From NCBI GenBank assembly GCA_934130025.1, contig CAKOXG010000002.1:1-60009 (forward strand): a stretch of 60,009 bases of DNA, given 5' to 3'. This DNA is from an uncultured Clostridia bacterium (GTDB lineage: Bacteria > Bacillota > Clostridia > TANB77 > CAG-508). A model generated the notes under the pieces. That model saw only the letters and a list, made by a program, of their open reading frames with translations. It ran no database searches and was not told the origin of the DNA. Each line of letters begins with the position of its first letter. Positions within the stretch are counted from its first letter, which is position 1. Position numbers and translations under genes: made by a program. Positions 29,501-39,505 of the stretch are shown here, in pieces.

Positions 29501-30058
29501 ATTGCTTCTTTATTTTTTTCGTGAAAGTCTATTTTTTTCTATATTTTTGGATGGATGTTCTGGGATGGAAGTATTTTGAATACAAAAATCTAGTGTGCTA
29601 TTTTAATGCTATGATACCTGCCTACTTGACAGGGCATATCATAATTTACACACTAGATGATATATTATCAATTTATTTTATTTATATACTAGATTATGTT
29701 CTTTCAAAAATATTTTTTCGTTAAGTAACTTACTTAAATGCAAATTTATTAAGCTAATAATAGCATTAAGATGTAATAAAGTCAAGGGAAAATTGAAACC
29801 CTAGAAAATAAAATTTTTTAACAAATTTTATCAAAATGGCAGATGTTAAAAGCTGCAGAGATGCTGAAATGTAAGTAAAAATTTAATGCTAAAAATTTGT
29901 TTAAGTAAGTTACTTAAATAATAAATGTGATTTTATGTTAATAATTTGTGACAAGTAAATTAGATAAAAATTTGATGTAATTGTTAAATTAAAGAAATTA
30001 ATAGAATTTATTTTTCAATTTACTATGAAATGTAATTTTATAAAATGAATGTAAAGTG

Positions 30059-30114
30059 TTGAATATTAAAAAGAGTTATTATAAAATGAGAATAACACAT
30101 TCGGAAATTACCGA
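30059..30114 (+). promoter_or_regulatory. Sigma-A-like promoter plus a TCGGA-N4-(T/A)CCGA palindrome upstream of the second pilin-like gene
   Basis: TTGAAT (30059-30064), 17 nt, TAAAAT (30082-30087), then TCGGAAATTACCGA from 30101. Spacing is identical to 26105-26160. Confidence 0.5.
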
Positions 30115-30241
30115 ATAAAGATAAAAGCATAAGAAAATGAATTTATGATAATAATAAATTTGAAGGGAATTAGTAGGAGGAATAGTAAATCTTTCATTTC
30201 TATGTGCCCGTGAGTGAAGTAAGAAAGGAATATATCTTTAA

Positions 30242-32296
30242 ATGAGAATAAGAAACAGAAGTAAATATGAAATTGAGTTAAGAGTTTGCAATGAGAATGA
30301 TAATAATAATAGCCAAGATTATAATCATAATTATAATCACAACCATAATCATAGTTATAATTATAGTCGTAGCCATAGCTACAGTTATAGTTATAATCAT
30401 GATAAAAGATGTGGTACTAGTGGAATTACGCTTATTGCTCTTGTTGTTACCATTGTGGTAATGATTGTTTTAGCAGGTGTTAGTATAAATTTATTAACAG
30501 GGGATAATGGAGTAATTACAAAGGCTAAGATTGCAAAAGAGGCACAGGTGCTATCGAATTATCAAGAAAATATGAATTTGTTTGCAACAGATAAAGGTAT
30601 GGAATCAAGTGATTTTGCTATAACTAGTTTAACAGCATATAAAAATAAGTTGTATTATAATACAAAGCAAGCAGATGATGAGAGCGGAATAGAAGAAGTT
30701 CTTGGAAATGTTGATGATAAATATATAGAAAAGATGGAGATAATAAATGGAGAGTTGTGTATAAATACAACAAATAAAAGAGAAGCTGAAGCTGCAAATA
30801 TGGCAGGTATAAAGGTAAATCCATGGGATATAGAAGATGGAGTTTTGCTTTCTTCAGATAAGAATCTAGAATTATTAGGAAACACAGATACAATTGTAAT
30901 TCCTCCATCAATAAAGAAAATTGGAAGTGGAGCTTTTTCTGGGGTAACGAATTTAAAGAAGGTGGTAATACCAGGAACAGTGGAGGAAATAGGAGACAAT
31001 GCTTTTTCAAATAATACAACTCTTGAAGAGGTTACTATAGAATACGGAGTAAAGAAGGTTGGAAGATTTGCTTTTAAAGGATGCTCAAATATTAAAAGTC
31101 TAGAGTTCCCAGATAGTATTACAGAGATTGCTTATGGTGCAATGCAGAACTGTTCGAGTTTAAATGATCTAAAGTTATCAAAAAATATGACTGCAATCAA
31201 CAGCTATTTGGTTGCTGGATGTTCAGAATTAGTTACAATGGATATTACTGAAAAAATTCAATTAATAGGTAGTTATGCTTTTGAGCTCTGCTCAAAGCTT
31301 AAAAAATTGAATATTCCTGCAAGTGTTACAAGAATTGACAGTGGAGCTTTTTGGGGAAATTATAATTTAAAAGATATTGTAATTGATACTGAGAGTAATG
31401 ATTTTAAATTTGAAAAAGGTTTTTTGCTATCAAAAGATGGTAAAAAAGTTTATTTTGGATTGCTAAGCTTAACAGCCCTTGAAATTCCTGATGGAGTTGA
31501 AGGTATTGTAATGGATGCTTTTTCTGGTTCAAATGCGGTAAGTATGAGTCTGCCTAATAGTTTAAAAGAATTATCTGGATATGAATTTACTGGAATACAG
31601 AATTTAAAAGAAATAAGAATAGATAGTGATAATCCATATTTTAAAATTATGGACTCAAACTTATATAGTAAAGATGGTAAAACTTTATACAAATATTTAA
31701 AAAATGAAAGTATAATAAATGTACCAGAGGGAGTAGAAACAATAAATTCAAGGGCTATTTTAGCAACAGGCACACAGAGTGTAAGCTTACCATCAACATT
31801 AGTGAATATAAATAATTCGGCTATTTCAGGGATTACAGGTTTAATAAATATACCAGAGAAGGTTGTTCCATTTGATAGTAGTGCACTTCCATATGGAGTA
31901 AAAATAAGAGTGTCAGAGGCAAACAAGAATATAAAAAGTGTGGATGATATTATGGTGCTTAGTAAAGATGGAAAAATATTATATGTTGCAAGTGGAGAGG
32001 AAAAATATAATATTCCTGATACTGTAGAAACGATAGAAGAGAATTGCTTTTATAGAAATAGTAATATTGAGAAAATAGATATTCCTTCAAGTGTTAAGGA
32101 AATAAGGAGATATGCTTTTGGCTATTCTAGTTTGAAGTCGATAATTATACCAAATTCTGTAGAAAAAATTGGGGATGGTGTTTTTTGGGATTGTACAAAT
32201 TTAAATAATATAATAATAGATAAAGAAAATGGAAGTATTTCTGGAAGCCCTTGGGGATGCCCTACAGGAGATAGAGCTGTAAAATGGCTGAAATAA
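30242..32296 (+). CDS. Pilin-like N-terminus fused to a BspA-type leucine-rich-repeat surface protein, with an unusually long H/N/Y/S-rich leader
   Basis: GITLIALVVTIVVMIVLAGVSINL is paralogous to the DGR target N-terminus. Repeated ...IP.SV..IG..AF..C..L... units are LRR_5-like. Confidence 0.75.
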   Translation: MRIRNRSKYEIELRVCNENDNNNSQDYNHNYNHNHNHSYNYSRSHSYSYSYNHDKRCGTSGITLIALVVTIVVMIVLAGVSINLLTGDNGVITKAKIAKEAQVLSNYQENMNLFATDKGMESSDFAITSLTAYKNKLYYNTKQADDESGIEEVLGNVDDKYIEKMEIINGELCINTTNKREAEAANMAGIKVNPWDIEDGVLLSSDKNLELLGNTDTIVIPPSIKKIGSGAFSGVTNLKKVVIPGTVEEIGDNAFSNNTTLEEVTIEYGVKKVGRFAFKGCSNIKSLEFPDSITEIAYGAMQNCSSLNDLKLSKNMTAINSYLVAGCSELVTMDITEKIQLIGSYAFELCSKLKKLNIPASVTRIDSGAFWGNYNLKDIVIDTESNDFKFEKGFLLSKDGKKVYFGLLSLTALEIPDGVEGIVMDAFSGSNAVSMSLPNSLKELSGYEFTGIQNLKEIRIDSDNPYFKIMDSNLYSKDGKTLYKYLKNESIINVPEGVETINSRAILATGTQSVSLPSTLVNINNSAISGITGLINIPEKVVPFDSSALPYGVKIRVSEANKNIKSVDDIMVLSKDGKILYVASGEEKYNIPDTVETIEENCFYRNSNIEKIDIPSSVKEIRRYAFGYSSLKSIIIPNSVEKIGDGVFWDCTNLNNIIIDKENGSISGSPWGCPTGDRAVKWLK

Positions 32297-32442
32297 AAGA
32301 TTAAATTTGAAAATTTGAAAATTATTATTGAAAAGATGGCTGCTTTATGTTAATATATATACACATATGCGTCTGCATATTTTATATATTTTTTATAAGA
32401 ATTTATAAAAATAAACAAAAGAAAAGCTGGAGGTACCATAAC

Positions 32443-33204
32443 ATGAAAGATTTTAAAATTGGAGACGTTGTATTTGTCCTTGCCCTTCCTGGAAAAATCT
32501 GGTGGGACAAAGAGGAGCGGGCGATAAAAGGCAAATTTGATGAAAACACGAACTTTATAGTTCGGGAGAACCAATTAGCCATGCAAGACTTACAGTGGAA
32601 CCTGTATGACATGCCAGAAAAAATAGAGGAAATGTTAAAAAAAGGATTCTTTGCTACTGTAAGAAGCATAAATGAGGGACTTGTTGTGCTATCTCATCGG
32701 GCGTGGCAAAGCGATATCTATGATAGATTACATATAGGGCAAACTCTTTCTACCAGGATAATAAAGGTAGAGGAACGATACCTTGTTTGCGAATTCCATT
32801 CATTCAGAATTCGTGTTTATGTTACAGAGGTGACAAGAACGAGGATGAATAACCTTAAAAATTTTTTTAAGGTGGGGGAATATAAAAGAGTTAAGATAAT
32901 AAAGAAGCAGTATGGATTCCCGTATAGAATAGATGGAAGTTGCAAACAGGCATGGCCACAAATTGAGGAAGTGGTGAATAGTTATAGGATTGGTGAAGCT
33001 ATAAAGGTAAGAGTTTGTGAGAGGATGAATAACAATGGCGTATGGATAGAAATTACTCCGGCAATTACTGGCATCTTGAATGCTCCGTCCTGGATATTGG
33101 ATGGCCTTGAACGAGGCAAATATATTGATGCTGAAATAGAAGAGGTTGGCATCCTGGGGATAAAATGCCATTTGAAAGAATGGGTTGAAGAAAAGGAGCG
33201 CTGA
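32443..33204 (+). CDS. Hypothetical protein with possible S1/OB-like repeats; atypical codon usage (three in-frame CGG, TGA stop)
   Basis: ATG at 32443 follows GGAGG. Codons are visibly more GC-rich than in neighbours. Segments such as IGEAIKVRVCERMNNNGVWIEITPAITGIL are S1-like. Confidence 0.5.
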   Translation: MKDFKIGDVVFVLALPGKIWWDKEERAIKGKFDENTNFIVRENQLAMQDLQWNLYDMPEKIEEMLKKGFFATVRSINEGLVVLSHRAWQSDIYDRLHIGQTLSTRIIKVEERYLVCEFHSFRIRVYVTEVTRTRMNNLKNFFKVGEYKRVKIIKKQYGFPYRIDGSCKQAWPQIEEVVNSYRIGEAIKVRVCERMNNNGVWIEITPAITGILNAPSWILDGLERGKYIDAEIEEVGILGIKCHLKEWVEEKER

Positions 33205-33213
33205 AAACAAAAA

Positions 33214-33250
33214 CGAGTAACATTGAAATTTTCTTTGTTACTCGTTTTTT
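33214..33250 (+). terminator. Intrinsic terminator
   Basis: CGAGTAACA ... TGTTACTCG stem followed by TTTTTT. Confidence 0.7.
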
Positions 33251-33251
33251 C

Positions 33252-33280
33252 TTGACTTGCAAAAAAAACTAAAATATAAT
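33252..33280 (+). promoter_or_regulatory. Sigma-A promoter for the transketolase genes
   Basis: TTGACT (33252-33257), 17 nt, TATAAT (33275-33280). Confidence 0.55.
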
Positions 33281-33306
33281 ACGTTTAATAATTATTTTTA
33301 AGGAGT

Positions 33307-34200
33307 GTGAATGTTTTGAGGATTACTGATATTAAAGAACTAAAATTAATTGCTAATAATATAAGAAAAGATATAATTAACCAAGTATATTCTGCTGGGT
33401 CTGGACACCCAGGAGGAGCCTTATCTATTGCTGATATAATGGCAGTGCTTTATTTTAACCAGATGAATGTGAGCCCAGAAGTGCCTAATTCAAACTTTAG
33501 AGATAGGCTTGTGCTATCAAAGGGGCATGCTTGTGCTGCTCTATATGCTGCACTTGCAGAGAAAGGTTTTTTTTCAAAAGATGATTTGAAGTCTTTTAGA
33601 AAGATTGGAAGCAATTTACAAGGACATCCAGATATGGAAAAAGTAAGTGGAATAGATATGTCAACAGGTTCTTTAGGGCAGGGCCTTTCTATAGCAAATG
33701 GAATGGCTATTGCCTCTAAAATGGATAAGCTTGGTTGTAGGGTTTATTGTATATTAGGTGATGGAGAAATTGAAGAAGGGCAAGTGTGGGAAGCTGCTAT
33801 GACAGCAGACAAGTATGGCTTAGATAACCTTTGTGTTATACTTGACAATAATGGATTGCAAATTGATGGAACTATTGAAGATGTAAAAAATTTAGACTGC
33901 ATAGATGAAAAATGGGAAGCTTTTGGATTTAATGTAATACATTGCAACGGCCATGATATTGAAAACATAATTGGTGCTTTCGAGGAGGCAAGGCAAATTA
34001 AGGGAAAGCCAAGCATAATAATAGCAAGAACTATTAAGGGAAAGGGAGTTTCATTCATGGAGAATAAAGCTGAATGGCATGGTAAAGCACCAAACCAAGC
34101 ACAGTATGAAAGGGCAATGAAGGATTTACAATTAGAACAAGAAAAAATAGAACACAACTTATTTGAATTGCCGGAAAAGGAGGAAAGCATATGGTTTTAG
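33307..34200 (+). CDS. Transketolase, N-terminal (TPP-binding) subunit
   Basis: SGHPGGALS, GHACAALYA, and GDGEIEEGQVWEA are transketolase N-terminal motifs. Confidence 0.9.
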   Translation: MNVLRITDIKELKLIANNIRKDIINQVYSAGSGHPGGALSIADIMAVLYFNQMNVSPEVPNSNFRDRLVLSKGHACAALYAALAEKGFFSKDDLKSFRKIGSNLQGHPDMEKVSGIDMSTGSLGQGLSIANGMAIASKMDKLGCRVYCILGDGEIEEGQVWEAAMTADKYGLDNLCVILDNNGLQIDGTIEDVKNLDCIDEKWEAFGFNVIHCNGHDIENIIGAFEEARQIKGKPSIIIARTIKGKGVSFMENKAEWHGKAPNQAQYERAMKDLQLEQEKIEHNLFELPEKEESIWF

Positions 34201-35159
34201 ATGAAAAAATTGCAACCAGAAAAAGCTATGGAGAAGCATTGGTAGATTTAGGAAAAGAAAACAAAAATGTTGTTGTGCTTGATGCTGATTTATCCGGAGC
34301 TACAAAAACAGCAGAATTTGCAAGCAAATTTCCTGAAAGATTTTTTGATATTGGAATTGCAGAGCAGGATATGATTGGTACTGCTGTGGGACTTAGCACA
34401 TTTAATAAAATCCCTTATGTAAGTACATTTGCAGTATTTGCTGCTGGGAGGGCATATGACCAGATTAGAAATACTGTTGCACATACAAGAGCAAATGTTA
34501 AGATATGTGCTACACATGCTGGGGTTACCGTGGGAGAAGATGGTGCAACCCACCAAATGCTAGAAGATATTTCGATGATGAGGACTGTTCCAAATATGAG
34601 AGTTTTTTGCCCATCTGATGATATTCAAACAAAGTGGCTCATAAAGGAAATATCTAAAACTAAAAGTCCAGACTATGTTAGGCTTTCTAGAATGAGTACA
34701 CCTGTAATATATGACGAAAAATATAGAGAAGAGAATAACATAAAGTTTGAAATTGGAAAAGCAATTCAAATAGGGGAGGGCACAGATGTAAGCTTGATTG
34801 CAACTGGAGTATGTGTTTCTGAAGCATTAAGAGCAAAGGAAAAACTTGAAAAATGTGGAATAGGAGTAAGGGTTATTGATTGTTTTTGTATAAAACCAAT
34901 TGATAAGAATATGATTTTGAAGTGTGCAAGAGAAACTAATAAAATAATTACAATAGAGGACCATAGCATAATTGGAGGCCTTGGAAGCACTGTGTGCGAG
35001 ATAATTGCAGAAAATTGTATTGGAAACAGTGAATACAAGGTTAAAAATGTTATAAGGATGGGGGTAAAAGACACTTTCGGAGAATCGGGAAAAGCTGAGG
35101 AGCTTATGAAAAAGTACAAAATAGATTGTGATTCTATTATTGAGCAAAATAATTTGTGA
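34191..35159 (+). CDS. Transketolase, C-terminal (pyrimidine-binding) subunit
   Basis: FDIGIAEQDMIGTA and HAGVTVGEDGATHQ motifs. It overlaps the N-terminal subunit gene. Confidence 0.9.
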   Translation: MVLDEKIATRKSYGEALVDLGKENKNVVVLDADLSGATKTAEFASKFPERFFDIGIAEQDMIGTAVGLSTFNKIPYVSTFAVFAAGRAYDQIRNTVAHTRANVKICATHAGVTVGEDGATHQMLEDISMMRTVPNMRVFCPSDDIQTKWLIKEISKTKSPDYVRLSRMSTPVIYDEKYREENNIKFEIGKAIQIGEGTDVSLIATGVCVSEALRAKEKLEKCGIGVRVIDCFCIKPIDKNMILKCARETNKIITIEDHSIIGGLGSTVCEIIAENCIGNSEYKVKNVIRMGVKDTFGESGKAEELMKKYKIDCDSIIEQNNL

Positions 35160-35380
35160 ATTTTTTGTGAAATTTTGACTAATAATGTCATAATAGTAAA
35201 ACGATAAAGTAAATGATTTATAGCAGTTTTGTCGAACGAATTAGATAAAATTGCTATATTTTTTTTACAAAATAGTATTGCAATTAATGTCTTTTATTGT
35301 TATGATAATAGAGAATAAAATAAAGAATATTGTCAGAAAAAATATATAAATAAAAGCTGTATGAAAGGAATGAATTTCAA

Positions 35381-36064
35381 ATGATAGAATTTAGAAATGT
35401 TTCTAAAAAATATGATACGGGAACAGAAGCAGTTCATAATGCTAATTTTGTTATAAATAAAGGGGATTTTGCATTTCTAGTTGGTAGCTCTGGCTCTGGA
35501 AAATCTACTCTTATAAAGCTTATTTTAAAAGAGGAAGAACCAACAGCGGGGCGTATTATAATAAATGGAAAGGATACAACTTTTTTAAAACCCAAAAGAG
35601 TTCCATATTTAAGAAGAAGTATGGGGGTTGTTTTTCAGGATTTTAGGTTGCTACCTGATAAGACTGTTTATGAGAATGTTGCATTTGCAATGTATATAGT
35701 AAGAGCAACTCCAAAGCATATAAGAAGGCAGGTACCAATGGTTTTGGCAATGGTTGGGCTTTCAGATAAGGCAAATGTATATCCAAATGAGCTTTCTGGT
35801 GGAGAGCAACAAAGAGTGGCTTTAGCAAGAGCTTTAGTAAATAATCCATCTATGTTAATTGCAGATGAGCCGACTGGAAACCTTGACCCAGATACGGCAT
35901 GGGATATTATGAGACTTTTGAATGAAATAAATTTAAGAGGAACAACACTTGTTGTTGCAACTCATGCAAAAGATATAGTTGACAAAATGAACAAAAGAGT
36001 TATCCGTATTGAAAATGGAAATATTATAAGTGATAAAAAAGGTGGGTATGACGGTGAAGCATAG
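35381..36064 (+). CDS. ftsE: Cell division ATP-binding protein FtsE
   Basis: Walker A GSSGSGKST, signature LSGGEQQRVALARAL, and adjacency to ftsX. Confidence 0.9.
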   Translation: MIEFRNVSKKYDTGTEAVHNANFVINKGDFAFLVGSSGSGKSTLIKLILKEEEPTAGRIIINGKDTTFLKPKRVPYLRRSMGVVFQDFRLLPDKTVYENVAFAMYIVRATPKHIRRQVPMVLAMVGLSDKANVYPNELSGGEQQRVALARALVNNPSMLIADEPTGNLDPDTAWDIMRLLNEINLRGTTLVVATHAKDIVDKMNKRVIRIENGNIISDKKGGYDGEA

Positions 36065-36953
36065 TATATTTGGTTATTTATTAGGGGAAGGATTTAGAAA
36101 CGTATTTCATAATAAAAAGTCATCTGGTGCGTCACTTGCAATAATGTGTGCTACCATGTTAATTTTTGGACTTTTCTTTATGATAATAGAAAATCTAAAT
36201 AATGCAGTTGAGACAATTGAATCTCAACAAGGAATGCAGGTGTTTATAAAGGATGATGCAACTGAGGCTCAAATGACAAGGTTAGGTGAGCAAATTAAAC
36301 AAATTGATGGAGTGAATACGGTAAAATTTGTATCAAAAACAGAAGCATTAAACGAATGGAAAGAAAAACTAAAATCACAACAAGCATTGTTTGCTACATA
36401 TGATGAAGACAATCCACTTCCAAACTCATATATTGTAACATTAACAGATTTAAAGCTTAATAGGCAAGTGCAAGAGGAAATACAAAAATTAGACAATGTG
36501 GATGATATTACAAATAGTAATGATACAATAGATGGACTTGTTACTATTGCAAATGGAGTTAAAATTGTTTCTACTGTAGTACTTACATTGCTAGTACTAA
36601 TATCAATATTTATAATTTCAAATACAATTAAGTTAACGGTGCATGCAAGAAGAAAAGAAATATCAATAATGAAATATGTTGGAGCAACAGACAGTTTTAT
36701 AAGATGGCCTTTTGTAATAGAGGGTATATTAATAGGAGTTGTAGCAGCTGTTATTTCAATTGTTATATTAGGGCTTGCTTATAATGTAATTGTAAATATG
36801 TTATCTGGAAATACTGTACTAAACAGAATGGGAATGAGCCTATTATCTTTTGCAGATATGACATCATTATTGATTATTGTATATTTAGGAATTGGTATTG
36901 GCATTGGAGCACTTGGAAGTGCAATATCTATGAGAAAATACTTACAGGTTTAA
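36048..36953 (+). CDS. ftsX: Cell division permease FtsX
   Basis: Four-TM FtsX architecture with a large extracellular loop. It overlaps the ftsE stop codon. Confidence 0.85.
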   Translation: MTVKHSIFGYLLGEGFRNVFHNKKSSGASLAIMCATMLIFGLFFMIIENLNNAVETIESQQGMQVFIKDDATEAQMTRLGEQIKQIDGVNTVKFVSKTEALNEWKEKLKSQQALFATYDEDNPLPNSYIVTLTDLKLNRQVQEEIQKLDNVDDITNSNDTIDGLVTIANGVKIVSTVVLTLLVLISIFIISNTIKLTVHARRKEISIMKYVGATDSFIRWPFVIEGILIGVVAAVISIVILGLAYNVIVNMLSGNTVLNRMGMSLLSFADMTSLLIIVYLGIGIGIGALGSAISMRKYLQV

Positions 36954-36977
36954 AAAGTAAAAAAAGGAGAAATACTC

Positions 36978-38189
36978 ATGAAAAGAAAGTTTGTAGCTAT
37001 TTTTATGATAGCCATAATGTTAATTTTTATAATGGGCGTTACATATGAAGCGTTTGCTGCAAGTGAAAGTGATAAGAAAGAATTGCAAGACAAAATAAAC
37101 CAGGCAAAGGGTGAATTAAGTGATATACAAGATAGCAAGTCTGATGCCCAAACAGAGCTTCAAAGCCTAACAATAAAAGTGCAAGATGCCGAAAATGAGT
37201 TAAATGGATTAAAAGCTCAGTTAGAAGAAGTTAATTCTTCTATAAAAGAGAAAGAAGCAGAGATTGATAAGGAAGAAAAAGAGATAAAAGAAAAAGATGA
37301 ATTGCTTAGAGAAAGAATGGTTGCAATGTATAAGTTAGGTGATACATCTTATTTAGATGTATTGCTTGCTTCTGAAAATATATTTGATTTTTTATCTAGA
37401 TATTCTATGATTCAAAGTATTGCAAAATATGATACAAATGCTATTAATGAATTAGAAGAAAAGAAGAAAAACCTAGAAAATGACAAGGTTGAATTAGAAT
37501 CTAAAAAGAAAGAAGTAGAAACTCTAAAAGCACAACAGGAAAAGAAAAGTGTTGAACTTAGCGAGCTTAAGAGCCAAAAGCAAAAAGAAGTGGATAGCTT
37601 AACAGCAGAGGAAAAGAAAAAACAAGAAGATATAGATTCTTATAATGCTGCAATGGATAGAGTAAATAAAGAGCTTGAAGAAGCCTATAGAAAAGCCCAA
37701 GAACAAATAAAAAATAATGGTGGTTCATCATCAAATGGTTCAAATGGACTTAAATTTGATGGTAGTTTCATATGGCCATGTAATAATAAAATAGTAACTT
37801 CAACAGTAAAGAGAAGATGGGGAAGATGGCATAAAGGAATTGATATTGGAGCATCATATGAAAGTGTTTATGCTTCTGCATCTGGGTATGCGTATAATGC
37901 TTATGATAAAAATGGGTATGGAACATATATTATGGTGTTCCACGGAGGTGGATATGTAAGCCTTTATGGACATTTATCATCTAGTCATGTATCAAATGGT
38001 CAATACGTTTCACAAGGGCAAGTTATTGCAACCTCAGGAAATTCAGGTGGAAGTACAGGAGCACATTTGCACTTTGAGTTAAGGCAAGCAACATCAGTAT
38101 CTCAATTTTTCAGTAAATCTCCACTAAACCCACTAGATTATTTACCTGGAGGATATACATTAGCTGCAGGAGCAACTACAGAATCTTAA
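36978..38189 (+). CDS. Coiled-coil M23 metallopeptidase (EnvC-like)
   Basis: Long coiled-coil N-terminus, then HKGIDIGA...GAHLHFEL. Confidence 0.8.
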   Translation: MKRKFVAIFMIAIMLIFIMGVTYEAFAASESDKKELQDKINQAKGELSDIQDSKSDAQTELQSLTIKVQDAENELNGLKAQLEEVNSSIKEKEAEIDKEEKEIKEKDELLRERMVAMYKLGDTSYLDVLLASENIFDFLSRYSMIQSIAKYDTNAINELEEKKKNLENDKVELESKKKEVETLKAQQEKKSVELSELKSQKQKEVDSLTAEEKKKQEDIDSYNAAMDRVNKELEEAYRKAQEQIKNNGGSSSNGSNGLKFDGSFIWPCNNKIVTSTVKRRWGRWHKGIDIGASYESVYASASGYAYNAYDKNGYGTYIMVFHGGGYVSLYGHLSSSHVSNGQYVSQGQVIATSGNSGGSTGAHLHFELRQATSVSQFFSKSPLNPLDYLPGGYTLAAGATTES

Positions 38190-38209
38190 AATAGGAGGGA
38201 AAAACATTT

Positions 38210-39445
38210 ATGAGAAGAAAAAAACTTACATTAATTATTGTAATTATTGTTTTGTGCAGCTTCTCTATAAATGTTTTTTCTAATACAGAAGCTGATGTAG
38301 GAAATAACGAAAAACAAAACCAAGAGAATAAATCTTTGGTGGAGCAAAGCCAAGAAGTTAGTGATAAATTGAAGGAATCATCAAACAGGCTTGAATATGT
38401 TCAAAATGAATTAAGTACATCACTTAAGCAAATACAAGAGCTTAATGATAAGATAGTAGAATATGAAAGCCAGTATAATGATTTAAAAAATCAAGTTGCG
38501 GAGATGGAAGCAACTATCTCAAGGATAGATAACGAAATAAATAAAATTCAAGCTGAATATGATAGAAAAGAAAGATTATTAAGAAAGAGAATGGTGGCAT
38601 TGTATAAAGCAGGTGATTCAACTTACCTGGATGTATTAATGTCTTCTTCTAGTGTGGTTGATTTTTTATCTAAATATTTTATGCTTGAAAAAATAATAAA
38701 TTATGACACGAATTTGATGCAGGAGTTGGATAATCAAAAGCAATTAATTGAAAAGCAAAAACAAGAACAGGAAAAGAAAAAGCAGGATTTAAGGCTTGCA
38801 AAAGCTAAAGCGGGTCAAATGCAAATTTTAATGGAGAATAATAAAATGTTACAAGAAAATTATTCTTCAAAGCTAACAGAGGAAGAAAAAAATCTAAATG
38901 AGCAAATAGAGCAATACAAGAAGGAACAAGCTGACCTAGAAAGCCAAATAAATGCTGCAATGAATTGGAGTGGAAACCTTGCAATTCAGTATAAAGGAGG
39001 AGTAATGATTTGGCCTGTGGGAGTAGAAGGCACGTATATTACATCTCCGTATGGATACAGGCTTCACCCAATACAAGGAGTGTATAAGTATCATTCTGGA
39101 ATAGACATTGGAAATGCCGGGTTTGGAGCACCGGTTTTAGCAGCTTCAGATGGAGTAGTTACATATGCTGGATGGATGGGTGGATATGGTAACTGTGTTA
39201 TGATTAATAATGGAAGTGGAATATATACTTTATATGGACATGGACAAACAATCTACGCTACTTTGGGGCAAACTGTAAAACAAGGTGATGTAATAATGGC
39301 AGTAGGCTCTACAGGAAATTCCACTGGTCCACATTTGCATTTTGAAGTAAGAAAAGATGGTTCTGTTGTAGACCCAATTCCATATCTTAAGGGAGAGGCT
39401 AATTTGGATAGCCAAGATACAAATGCTGAAAACAAAATTAATTAA
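38210..39445 (+). CDS. Coiled-coil M23 metallopeptidase (EnvC-like), paralogue of the preceding gene
   Basis: Coiled coil, then YHSGIDIG...GPHLHFEV. Confidence 0.8.
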   Translation: MRRKKLTLIIVIIVLCSFSINVFSNTEADVGNNEKQNQENKSLVEQSQEVSDKLKESSNRLEYVQNELSTSLKQIQELNDKIVEYESQYNDLKNQVAEMEATISRIDNEINKIQAEYDRKERLLRKRMVALYKAGDSTYLDVLMSSSSVVDFLSKYFMLEKIINYDTNLMQELDNQKQLIEKQKQEQEKKKQDLRLAKAKAGQMQILMENNKMLQENYSSKLTEEEKNLNEQIEQYKKEQADLESQINAAMNWSGNLAIQYKGGVMIWPVGVEGTYITSPYGYRLHPIQGVYKYHSGIDIGNAGFGAPVLAASDGVVTYAGWMGGYGNCVMINNGSGIYTLYGHGQTIYATLGQTVKQGDVIMAVGSTGNSTGPHLHFEVRKDGSVVDPIPYLKGEANLDSQDTNAENKIN

Positions 39446-39505
39446 ATTATATGTAATAAATAAAAAAATAAAAAGTATAATAGATTGAAAGGAAGTTATA
39501 AATTT

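Noticed and set aside
29521-29724. A plus-strand ORF containing IIIYTLDDIL, which resembles an RT YxDD motif.
   Set aside because: It is on the wrong strand relative to the RT motif-1/2 remnant. It has an extra residue within the motif, no flanking RT motifs, and extremely AT-rich low-complexity content.
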